Source of the DNA: an uncultured bacterium
Lineage (GTDB): Bacteria; Fidelibacterota; Marinisomatia; Marinisomatales; JACNKV01
Direction: 5' to 3'
Length of the DNA: 64,000 bases
Assembly (NCBI GenBank): GCA_964422145.1
Contig: CAYQZV010000009.1
Location: 6,264 to 70,263 of the forward strand
A program made the position numbers and the translations under genes. Position 1 is the first letter of the stretch. Every line of letters starts with the position of its first letter. Below are positions 10,641 to 19,448 of this stretch, in pieces. The notes under the pieces were generated by a model. The model was given only the letters and a program-made list of their open reading frames with translations. It was not told the origin of the DNA and made no database searches.

Positions 10641-11465
10641 ATGAATTGGAAACATCAATGGAAAACCATAAGAGAATATGATGAAATAACGTTTGAGTAT
10701 TTTGAGGGGATCGCTAAGATCAGTATCAATCGCCCTGAAAAGCATAATGCATTTACTCCGCGCACCGTAGAAGAAATGATTGATGCCATGACTATTTGCA
10801 GGGATGATGAACATATTGAAGTGATTGTTTTCACTGGAGAAGGAGGAAAGGCATTTTGCAGCGGGGGAGATCAAGGCGTTCGAGGGCATGGCGGATATAT
10901 CGGGGAAGATAAAGTTCCTCGATTAAATGTTCTAGATTTACAAAAACAAATTCGTTCCATTCCAAAAGTAGTCATTGCGGCGGTTGCAGGTTGGTCGATC
11001 GGCGGCGGACACGTTCTGCATGTTGTGTGTGATCTTACTATTGCGGCTGAAAATGCAATGTTTGGACAAACCGGTCCTAAAGTTGGTTCGTTTGACGGTG
11101 GGTTTGGGGCATCCTATTTGGCCAGAAGTGTCGGGCAAAAGAAAGCCCGTGAAATTTGGTTTCTCTGTGATCAATACAATGCGCAGCAAGCATTAGATAT
11201 GGGACTTGTAAATACGGTTGTCCCATTGGATGAATTAGAAGATACATTCGTTGAATGGGCGAAAAAAATTCAAGAAAAATCTCCGTTAGCTATCCGTATG
11301 CTGAAATCTGCATTTAATGCAGAACTGGATGGACAAGCCGGCATCCAGGAATTAGCCGGAAATTCAACCTTATTATACTATTTATCGGATGAAGCTAAAG
11401 AAGGCAAAAAAGCATTCTTAGAAAAAAGAAAACCTGATTTTTCAAAATATCCGAAGTTTCCGTAA
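10641..11465 (+). CDS. menB: 1,4-dihydroxy-2-naphthoyl-CoA synthase
   Basis: Crotonase-fold protein with FCSGGDQ and [16 protein letters not shown]. The C-terminal [13 protein letters not shown] is typical of MenB. Confidence 0.95.
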   Translation: MNWKHQWKTIREYDEITFEYFEGIAKISINRPEKHNAFTPRTVEEMIDAMTICRDDEHIEVIVFTGEGGKAFCSGGDQGVRGHGGYIGEDKVPRLNVLDLQKQIRSIPKVVIAAVAGWSIGGGHVLHVVCDLTIAAENAMFGQTGPKVGSFDGGFGASYLARSVGQKKAREIWFLCDQYNAQQALDMGLVNTVVPLDELEDTFVEWAKKIQEKSPLAIRMLKSAFNAELDGQAGIQELAGNSTLLYYLSDEAKEGKKAFLEKRKPDFSKYPKFP

Positions 11466-11471
11466 TGTGCC

Positions 11472-12359
11472 ATGAATAAATGGGTTAAAGCATTTCGTCT
11501 GCGAACATTACCGCTAGCCTTTTCCTGTGTGATCATGGGAAGCGGATTGGCGATGGCGGAAGGCCAATTAAATTGGACGGTATTTGTCCTTGCTTTGATT
11601 ACCACATTATTTTTACAGATATTATCTAACCTTGCGAACGATTACGGTGATTTTATAAAGGGAACTGATAATGAAGAAAGGATAGGCCCGGATCGAGCTA
11701 TGCAGAGCGGATTAATTACTAAATCCGAAATGATAAAGGGAATGTGGGTCACGGTTTTGTTTTGTTCAATCTTTGGTGTTTGGCTGATTTATGAAGGAAC
11801 GCAAGGCCTTGATCTGCGAAATGCAGGACTATTTGCTGTCTTAGGCTTAATAGCGATCGGAGCGGCTGTCAAATATACAATGGGGAAAAATCCGTACGGT
11901 TATGCAGGGCTGGGTGACCTTTTTGCATTTTTATTTTTTGGATGGCTGGGTGTCCTCGGTACGTACTTTTTACACACACATTCATTTCATCTCAGCCTGT
12001 TGCTTCCGGCATCTGCCATCGGATTTCTCACATCCGCTGTACTGAATATTAACAATATGCGCGACCATGAGACAGATCAGAATTCAGGCAAGAGAACATT
12101 AGCCGTGCGTCTGGGATTCATTTGGGCGAAACGATATCATTTTCTCCTTAATTTCTTTGGAGTGTTTCTCATCGTTTGGTTTTTAATCCCGGATATAAAA
12201 TCAGTGTGGATTTTTCTATTTGGATTCATTTTGTTCTTAAAACCCAGCCGAGAAATATTCAAAATCCATGATGGTGTCTTATTGGATCCGTTTTTGAAAA
12301 AACAGGCAATATCAACGTTCATATTTACAATCCTTTTTGTTCTTTTCATCAATATCTAA
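11472..12359 (+). CDS. menA: 1,4-dihydroxy-2-naphthoate polyprenyltransferase
   Basis: UbiA-family polytopic membrane protein with NDYGDFIKGTD (NDxxD) and a second Asp-rich region (NNMRDHETD). Lies in the men operon. Confidence 0.9.
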   Translation: MNKWVKAFRLRTLPLAFSCVIMGSGLAMAEGQLNWTVFVLALITTLFLQILSNLANDYGDFIKGTDNEERIGPDRAMQSGLITKSEMIKGMWVTVLFCSIFGVWLIYEGTQGLDLRNAGLFAVLGLIAIGAAVKYTMGKNPYGYAGLGDLFAFLFFGWLGVLGTYFLHTHSFHLSLLLPASAIGFLTSAVLNINNMRDHETDQNSGKRTLAVRLGFIWAKRYHFLLNFFGVFLIVWFLIPDIKSVWIFLFGFILFLKPSREIFKIHDGVLLDPFLKKQAISTFIFTILFVLFINI

Positions 12360-12383
12360 TGATCGTTTCGGTTTGAATTAACC

Positions 12384-14330
12384 ATGAAAGCAAATTGGCA
12401 TAAACGCACACTGCAATTTTATCAACCAGCAGGGACATCTCGCGGAATAATGAGCACCCGCGATGTTTGGTATATTACCTTAAGAGAAAATGGTGTGACA
12501 GGAATCGGAGAATGTGCTCCGTTGCCCGGACTTTCTCTTGATGATATTCCACAGATTGAAACCATGCTTGAAAAAGTCTGTGACGAACCGATAACGTATA
12601 TTCATAACTTGGATATCCTCGTAGATTTTCCATCGATTCGTTTTGGTCTGGAGATGGCGGATTTGGATCTAAAAAACAGCGGTGGACAATCCTATTATCC
12701 GGTTTCAAAATCAGCAGAAATCCATATAAACGGGTTAATTTGGATGGGTGATTCAAACTATTTGCTTAAACAGACCGAAACAAAATTAGACGAAAAGTGG
12801 AAATGCATTAAATTGAAAATCGGGGCATTAGATTTTCATTCGGAATTGGATATGCTCAGCACAATCCGCGAGAGATTTAATCAAGATCAACTGGAACTTC
12901 GTGTGGATGCAAACGGAGCGTTTTCAAAGAAAGACGTCTTCAAAAAATTAGATAGATTATCCGCATTTGATATTCATTCCATTGAACAGCCGGTAGCAGC
13001 CGGGCAATGGGATCTTATGGAAAAATTATGCAAATTATCTCCAATCCCGATTGCCTTGGATGAAGAACTGATTCCGTTAACTGATGAAAAATCAAGAATT
13101 GAAATACTGGAGCAAATCAAACCAAACTATATTGTGTTAAAACCAAGTTTGTTAGGCGGATTTTCCGAAACGGAAAAATGGATAGCACTCGCTGAAGAAA
13201 GACAAATCGGTTGGTGGGTCACATCCGCATTGGAATCAAATATTGGATTGAATGCTCTATATCAATGGACCAGCAAAATCAAACCAAAAGGCTTTCAAGG
13301 ATTAGGAACCGGGAAGTTATTTGTAAACAATACTCCTTCATCGCTAACGATAAAACAGGGGACGCTAACCCGATCGTCATCATCCATTTGGAAGGATATT
13401 CACACATTAACCTCTGAATGGATGAACGATGAAAAGCAGATGGTATTTCACACATCCGGGTCTACAGGCTCTCCCAAGAAAATAGAAGTTAATAAACGGA
13501 ACATAAAAAACTCGATTGAACTAACACGAAAGTCATTTGGCTTGGAAGAAGGAGATACCGCGTTACTTTGTTTGCCGGTAAACTACATCGCAGGAAAAAT
13601 GATGGTGATACGATCGTTGGACATCGGAATGAACCTTATCGTTTCTGATCCGTCTTCATCACCCTTACGAGATGTAGAGGAACAAATTGGTTTTGCTGCG
13701 ATGGTTCCGCTTCAGTTGGAAAATTCAATTGAAGATTTATCAAAGGTCAAGACCTTACTCATTGGCGGCGCAAAAGTGGATGAATCCCTGATAAACAGAC
13801 TTCAATCAGTATCCACTCAAATATATGAGACTTACGGGATGACAGAAACCTTAACGCATGTAGCCATTAAACCTCTGAATGGGAAAGATCGTGCGGAAGT
13901 ATTTCAAGCGTTAGAAGGGGTACTGTTTGGGCAGGATGAACGAGGATGCTTGGTGATCTACGCCCCGGATTTGAATCCTGAACCTGTAATAACAAATGAC
14001 ATAGTTGAGTTATTTAATGCATGTTCATTCAAGTGGCTGGGGCGGTATGATCGCGTGATCAATTCCGGAGGGATTAAGATCATCCCTGAAACTGTTGAAG
14101 AGAAATTACGATCTGTGATATCAAAGAGACGTTTTTTCGTTTCGGGGATGAAAGATAATGTGTTGGGTGAGAAAGTTGTTCTAGTCGTTGAAGGGGATCA
14201 AATAGACATCTCTTTCGATCATTTGGATCAATACGAAAAGCCAAAGGAAACTATTTTTGCTAAAGATTTTGCAGAAACCCACACCGGGAAAGTTGATCGA
14301 AATAAGACAATGGAGTTAATAAAGAATTAA
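12384..14330 (+). CDS. menC/menE: fused o-succinylbenzoate synthase (N-terminal half) and o-succinylbenzoate-CoA ligase (C-terminal half)
   Basis: The N-terminal ~335 aa carry enolase-superfamily OSBS motifs (IKLKIG, VDANGAF, ALDEEL, LKPSLLGG). The C-terminal ~300 aa carry adenylate-forming motifs (HTSGSTGSPK, YETYGMTET, GRYDRVINSGGIKI). It is one uninterrupted ORF. Confidence 0.85.
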   Translation: MKANWHKRTLQFYQPAGTSRGIMSTRDVWYITLRENGVTGIGECAPLPGLSLDDIPQIETMLEKVCDEPITYIHNLDILVDFPSIRFGLEMADLDLKNSGGQSYYPVSKSAEIHINGLIWMGDSNYLLKQTETKLDEKWKCIKLKIGALDFHSELDMLSTIRERFNQDQLELRVDANGAFSKKDVFKKLDRLSAFDIHSIEQPVAAGQWDLMEKLCKLSPIPIALDEELIPLTDEKSRIEILEQIKPNYIVLKPSLLGGFSETEKWIALAEERQIGWWVTSALESNIGLNALYQWTSKIKPKGFQGLGTGKLFVNNTPSSLTIKQGTLTRSSSSIWKDIHTLTSEWMNDEKQMVFHTSGSTGSPKKIEVNKRNIKNSIELTRKSFGLEEGDTALLCLPVNYIAGKMMVIRSLDIGMNLIVSDPSSSPLRDVEEQIGFAAMVPLQLENSIEDLSKVKTLLIGGAKVDESLINRLQSVSTQIYETYGMTETLTHVAIKPLNGKDRAEVFQALEGVLFGQDERGCLVIYAPDLNPEPVITNDIVELFNACSFKWLGRYDRVINSGGIKIIPETVEEKLRSVISKRRFFVSGMKDNVLGEKVVLVVEGDQIDISFDHLDQYEKPKETIFAKDFAETHTGKVDRNKTMELIKN

Positions 14331-15244
14331 TGCTTTCCGGTATTCATATTCTATTGACCTATAAATGCACCTACGAGTGTGATCATTGTTTTCTGTATTC
14401 AAGTCCGTCTGCAGAGGGGACTATGATGCTTCCTCAAATCATGGAAATATTAGACGAAGCACAAAAAATCGGTAGTATTGAATGGATCTTTTTTGAAGGC
14501 GGTGAGCCTTTTCTTTTTTATCCCTTATTGTGTGAAGGAATCAAACTGGCGAAAGAAAAGGGATTTAGTACAGGGATTGTCACAAATGCGTATTGGGCAA
14601 CATCTGTCGAACGAGCTGAACGAAAATTAAAACCGCTTTTTGATTTAGGATTAGATTCTTTGAGTATCAGTGATGATTCATTTCATGCGCAAATTAAGGA
14701 AACCAATCCTGCGGAGAATGCAATTAACGCGGCAAAGAAGCTCGGGATACCTAGCTCAACAATTTGCATTGAGAAACCATTCGTAGAAACAAAGCCGAAT
14801 CAAGAACACGGAAAAGGAACGTCCGTGATCGGCGGCGGTGCTATGTTTAAGGGAAGGGCTGTTGAAACACTGACATCCGGGTTGCCAAATCGAGATTGGC
14901 GTGAACTCAATAAATGTCTTTATGAAGATTTCAAATCACCGTCTAGAGTCCACGTGGATGCTTATGGGCATGTCCACTTATGCCAGGGAATCAGCTTAGG
15001 TAACATGCTTGAGAAACCATTATCTGAATTGATCAGGGAATATAATGTTGAATCACATCCGATCTGTGAGCCGCTTCATTATGGTGGTCCGGCTGAATTA
15101 GCAAAACGGTATAATATAAATCACAATGATCAATATGTTGATGAATGCCATTTTTGCTATAGATTACGCCAATCTCTCACTGAAGAGTTTCCATTACATC
15201 TTGCACCAAAACACGTGTACGGATTAAGTAAGAAAATTAAATAA
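14330..15244 (+). CDS. radical SAM protein of unknown function, with a Cys-rich C-terminal region
   Basis: CTYECDHC (CX3CX2C) cluster motif at residues ~13-20, plus GGEPFL and IVTNAYW SAM-binding-type motifs. The C-terminus has five further Cys (CLYED, LCQG, PICEP, DECHFC). The start overlaps the menC/E stop (TAATG). Confidence 0.75.
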   Translation: MLSGIHILLTYKCTYECDHCFLYSSPSAEGTMMLPQIMEILDEAQKIGSIEWIFFEGGEPFLFYPLLCEGIKLAKEKGFSTGIVTNAYWATSVERAERKLKPLFDLGLDSLSISDDSFHAQIKETNPAENAINAAKKLGIPSSTICIEKPFVETKPNQEHGKGTSVIGGGAMFKGRAVETLTSGLPNRDWRELNKCLYEDFKSPSRVHVDAYGHVHLCQGISLGNMLEKPLSELIREYNVESHPICEPLHYGGPAELAKRYNINHNDQYVDECHFCYRLRQSLTEEFPLHLAPKHVYGLSKKIK

Positions 15245-15260
15245 CCAATTAGGAGAATAC

Positions 15261-15596
15261 ATGATATTTCTATATTTAAACTCGGATAAAATGGGTCATG
15301 GAGATGCTGAACTTGGGAAAAAACTGATGACGAAGTTCTTAGAAGAATTGTTAAAAACTGACGAAAAAATTGATATGATCGGCTGTGTGAATTCAGGAGT
15401 AAACCTCACAACCGAAGGAAGTAATGTTATTGAAACACTAAAAGAATTTGAGCTAAGAGGAGCAAGGATTGCAACCTGCGGAACATGCCTTGAATATCAT
15501 AACATAAAAGATAAATTAATGGTAGGTGAAGTTGGAACCATGGCGCAAGGTGTTGCGATCATGACCCAAGCTGATAAAGTTATTCGCCCTAATTAA
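15261..15596 (+). CDS. DsrE-like protein resembling the C-terminal half of long YedF selenium/sulfur-metabolism proteins
   Basis: MGHGDAELGKKLM...NSGVNLT...ATCGTCLEYH...VIRPN matches my memory of the YedF (TIGR03527-type) C-terminal domain. No TusA/SirA-like N-terminal half is present. AGGAG Shine-Dalgarno site upstream. Confidence 0.5.
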   Translation: MIFLYLNSDKMGHGDAELGKKLMTKFLEELLKTDEKIDMIGCVNSGVNLTTEGSNVIETLKEFELRGARIATCGTCLEYHNIKDKLMVGEVGTMAQGVAIMTQADKVIRPN

Positions 15597-18500
15597 TTAT
15601 TTCAGCAGAATCATCTTTTTCGTTTGGCTGAACGTTTCAGTTTTTAACTGATAGATATACAGCCCCGCACTGACAGATTTTCCGTATTGATCCTTTCCGT
15701 TCCATTGTACGGAATGATTCCCCGCTTCAAACGATGAATGAAGCAACCGGTTTACTTCTCTTCCGGTTACGTCATAAATCAATAATTCTACGAAAGAAGG
15801 TAAAGATAAGCTGAATCGTATATTTGTAACTGGATTAAATGGATTGGGATAATTTTGATCCAATGAAAATGTTCCAACTATATTCTGATTATTATCAGTC
15901 GAAAGAGGTTCATATGTGCTGTTTTGCTGTCCGGGAGTTCCGTAATCCACTGATGCAGCCCATGCAGTAGATTCTGAATTATCCAATCCCGGATTGATTA
16001 ATTCTAACGTTGGTCCGTTTCCGTCTGGTCCAGTCGGCCAAGGACTATTATCATCATATTGAACAGAGTCGATCAACGTTCCGTTTGAATGAAAGATTCT
16101 GATTTGATCTCCGCTCCCGCTTAGCCCAAATCCCATTGGACCAATTACATTTGACACTTCAGGGAACGCGGATGAAAACTGGTTTATATCCTTTGCGATG
16201 ATTAAATAATGATTCGGAGATACAATGATTCCATCCGGAATTGTAAAGACATGTGCGTCATCATCATCTTTCACGAGCCAACCTGAAATATCAATGGATG
16301 TCTCTCCCGGATTATGAAGTTCAATCCAATCGTCAGGATCAAAACTAACTGTGGAGTTATAATTAATTTCATTGATTACGATCGTTCCGGGTGTTTCTCC
16401 GCTGGACTCAAAGTTGGCGGTAAGATAAAACGGATCTGTGACCGATATAGTCATTTCCGCCGTTGAATCGGGAAATTCACTCCAGCCTGCAAACTCAAAT
16501 CCTTCATTTGGGATAGCTGTTACTTGTATTGGAACCGTAGGGAAATAATATCCATTCCAATTTGATTCAGAAATTTCCAGTGAATTAATCTGGACTGAGC
16601 CCTGATTTTCTGAGTTGATTTGAATATTGATCAATGCGATATTCGTGAGACCAAACTCATCTCGGATGTGCATCCGTGCATAGGGTTGTCGATAATTTAT
16701 AAAATTATACATCGTGTTGATGTCATTATTCCAATTGACTACTGATCCTTCACCCCAGCAGCATCCGCCGCCCCATGGTATAGCCCATCGATCATGGTGA
16801 GCAGGGATCAAATTCTCGATGGTATTAATGGATGCATCCAATCGAGAATTCATACCATTTGAAGTAAAGATAGAATTGATCATGTCGCAATAGAGATTAA
16901 TAAATCGATTTTTGAAATGATCGTTCTCCATCATCTTACGGAATAAAAACGTACTCCACGGAGGATTAGGCCAACCCGGTCCGTAAGGATCTAATGCGAA
17001 TTCAAGCGTATTGAACGTAAACGCGTTTGCATCCCATATCCCAAAACTAAAGTCCATATCAAAAATGATCCAGCGCCACTTTCCTTCAGGACGGTGATCT
17101 CGCCAAAATTTTATATTATTTCCCGGCCAATCACGATTATCAGAAAATATTTGGAACGCCTGATATTTTAAATAATTATCGATATCAATCCATTGCTCCA
17201 GTGCAGTTTGAGTCAAAGGATCGTTCATATCGTTTTGTTCTACATATTGAATGAGATTCAAGTAATCTGTATTTGTTCCATGGATGGCGTCTCCACCGTT
17301 TTCCAAAAGATCAATGTTTTCCGGATCTATTAGATGGTGGGATGCCAGAAAATGTTCATTGATCTTTTCCCGAAGATTGAATATCCCCCAGTACTCTCCG
17401 TTGACATAAACAATACTGGGTCTGTATTGCTGATGGTCAATGTTTAGTCCTTCGATTAAACTGGTGGTGAATCCGTCTCGCAGCATGGTTGATATCCAAT
17501 CATTTCCGGAATTTCGAAGGACAAAGGCTTCATATGTATTTACGGTATTATCCGGAAAGATAGGATAATCAAATTGTGTAGGACCGTATTGTCCTCGAGC
17601 AAAGATTGACATGGATTTCTGCGGATATCCACGGCTCCAACCGCCAAAGATTTTCACGCCGGCATTTGCATTATATCCGGTGCCGTCTTGCTCTAAGATT
17701 TCAAAATGGATGGGGCGTTCCCAATCCTGCCAGAAATTTGCACCAAAATGCGGGAAATCAGAGCTGGCATTAGGACCCATCTCATAAATCCCTGTATTTT
17801 CGTCAAAGAGATTTGCAGGTTCAGTAGAAAGGAAAACAACTGGAACTGTTTCCAGAGATTCTTCAAAAACATATGTCTTTGATTGTATCTTTGAATCTAC
17901 CCACCCGGTTAAAAAGGCTTTAGCTCGAATCACGGTGTTATTATTAATTGGGATGGGATACTCATATAAAAAAGAAGTTTCTGTCGGTTCGGTACCGTCT
18001 AATGTGAAGTAAATATTGGACGAGGATTCCTCAGAACTTAGCGAGATGTATAATGTCTGTGTTGAAGGATAAAAGCCGGACGGTAAGGAAAAAACAGGGG
18101 AGAGGAGTGCTCCGTAATAAGATGATGTATTATTTGTGGTGCCGGGAGTAGGATTTTCAAACAACCCCCACGTGTCACTTTCCGTTATTCTTCCAAATGA
18201 AATATCCCTGTAGATAACACCTGTAAAGACAGAATCAACCGTTTCGCCGATTGGCGTTGACAGGATTACATCTTCTCCGTCAGAACTGATTTTAAAATTA
18301 GTATGCAATAAAAAAGCGGGTAAATCTATGGATGGATGCGGTTCGCGCACGTTGTCTTGAATTGTATTATATCCCAATGTCAAAAAAGGGATGCAACTCA
18401 TGTCAGACGATGTTGAGGAATAATTGTGTACCTCAATCGCTAAAACATTTTCTCCTTGGAGAAGCGGAAAGTCGTTCAGATCAATCCACACAGACTCAGG

Positions 18501-19166
18501 AAATCCGCCTTGGTAAATTTCGGCTTCATGGAGGGCATCAGCCGGCTCATAATATTCGACGGATGTATAAGGTTCTCCCATATTACAGCGTGAGATTTCC
18601 TGACCGTTTAAATAGGCAATGTATCCATCATCAAAATCGACATTAAACACTGCTTTTTCAATAATGGAAGGATCATCTATCATAATCGATTTACGCACAA
18701 AAACGGAAATCGTCTGAGAAAAAGTGGTATTATCATCGCCATCACCATACCCGAATCCGCTTTGTCCGGTTAACCAGCTTGAATCATCAAATGATAATTC
18801 GCTCCATCCTGATGTCGGGTTGGTGAATCCAATGTGATACTTCCATACATCTCCCCAATCAATCACAGCATCCCACTGAGATACAATGTCCTTCCTATTT
18901 TTTCCTGAAGCCATAACAACCAAGAATTCATTCGGATTCAAGGTGATATTCGGGAACGTCCATTGATCTAAATCTCCCGAGTCGTCGGTAAGCCCAAAAC
19001 CGGTTAAATCTATATTGCCATCGGAATTATTATAGAGTTCAATCCAGTCAGGGGTATCACCATCTTCATCATAAAATGTATCGCCGTTACTGGACATGAC
19101 TTCATTAATTTGAACCGATTGTCCAAATAAAAACGATATGAATAATATGTAAGACAGATATTTCAT
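15597..19166 (-). CDS. secreted multidomain CotH kinase-family protein with two lamin-tail domains and a T9SS C-terminal sorting domain
   Basis: N-terminal signal peptide. LTD-like INEVMSSN...PDWIELYN near the N-terminus and INEINYNS...DDWIELHN near the C-terminus. A chitobiase/hexosaminidase-C-like segment (IYFTLDGTEPT) and a CotH core (VYVNGEYWGIFNLREK). T9SS tail QNYPNPFNPVTNIRF...GLYIYQLKTETFSQTKKMILLK. Confidence 0.85.
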   Translation of the reverse strand: MKYLSYILFISFLFGQSVQINEVMSSNGDTFYDEDGDTPDWIELYNNSDGNIDLTGFGLTDDSGDLDQWTFPNITLNPNEFLVVMASGKNRKDIVSQWDAVIDWGDVWKYHIGFTNPTSGWSELSFDDSSWLTGQSGFGYGDGDDNTTFSQTISVFVRKSIMIDDPSIIEKAVFNVDFDDGYIAYLNGQEISRCNMGEPYTSVEYYEPADALHEAEIYQGGFPESVWIDLNDFPLLQGENVLAIEVHNYSSTSSDMSCIPFLTLGYNTIQDNVREPHPSIDLPAFLLHTNFKISSDGEDVILSTPIGETVDSVFTGVIYRDISFGRITESDTWGLFENPTPGTTNNTSSYYGALLSPVFSLPSGFYPSTQTLYISLSSEESSSNIYFTLDGTEPTETSFLYEYPIPINNNTVIRAKAFLTGWVDSKIQSKTYVFEESLETVPVVFLSTEPANLFDENTGIYEMGPNASSDFPHFGANFWQDWERPIHFEILEQDGTGYNANAGVKIFGGWSRGYPQKSMSIFARGQYGPTQFDYPIFPDNTVNTYEAFVLRNSGNDWISTMLRDGFTTSLIEGLNIDHQQYRPSIVYVNGEYWGIFNLREKINEHFLASHHLIDPENIDLLENGGDAIHGTNTDYLNLIQYVEQNDMNDPLTQTALEQWIDIDNYLKYQAFQIFSDNRDWPGNNIKFWRDHRPEGKWRWIIFDMDFSFGIWDANAFTFNTLEFALDPYGPGWPNPPWSTFLFRKMMENDHFKNRFINLYCDMINSIFTSNGMNSRLDASINTIENLIPAHHDRWAIPWGGGCCWGEGSVVNWNNDINTMYNFINYRQPYARMHIRDEFGLTNIALINIQINSENQGSVQINSLEISESNWNGYYFPTVPIQVTAIPNEGFEFAGWSEFPDSTAEMTISVTDPFYLTANFESSGETPGTIVINEINYNSTVSFDPDDWIELHNPGETSIDISGWLVKDDDDAHVFTIPDGIIVSPNHYLIIAKDINQFSSAFPEVSNVIGPMGFGLSGSGDQIRIFHSNGTLIDSVQYDDNSPWPTGPDGNGPTLELINPGLDNSESTAWAASVDYGTPGQQNSTYEPLSTDNNQNIVGTFSLDQNYPNPFNPVTNIRFSLSLPSFVELLIYDVTGREVNRLLHSSFEAGNHSVQWNGKDQYGKSVSAGLYIYQLKTETFSQTKKMILLK

Positions 19167-19199
19167 TTAAGAATCTAAGGTTAGAAACAAATATGATAA

Positions 19200-19346
19200 A
19201 ATGCAGTTAACGATCATGTGAGCAGGGGCACACATTTAATGGATGCAACCAACGATCAAGGGTTTCCCGTTTCTTCAGGTGTGTATTTTTATACTATAAA
19301 AGCGGGTGATTTTTTGCAGACAAAGAAGATGATCTTTTTGAAATAA
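19200..19346 (+). pseudogene. 3' remnant of a gene encoding a T9SS-sorted protein; only the last ~40 codons of the C-terminal domain remain
   Basis: The frame translates to ...SRGTHLMDATNDQGFPVSSGVYFYTIKAGDFLQTKKMIFLK*, the canonical end of a T9SS C-terminal domain. An in-frame TAA sits at 19197-19199. No upstream domain is possible because the CotH gene start lies 34 nt away on the other strand. Confidence 0.7.
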
Positions 19347-19448
19347 GATTAAACGTAGAATGTTCATCATTTTTCAATGGATAAAATTGGAAATGATCGA
19401 GGAAAAATTGTCGCAAAATAATTCAGTATTAGGTAGTTTCATACCAAT

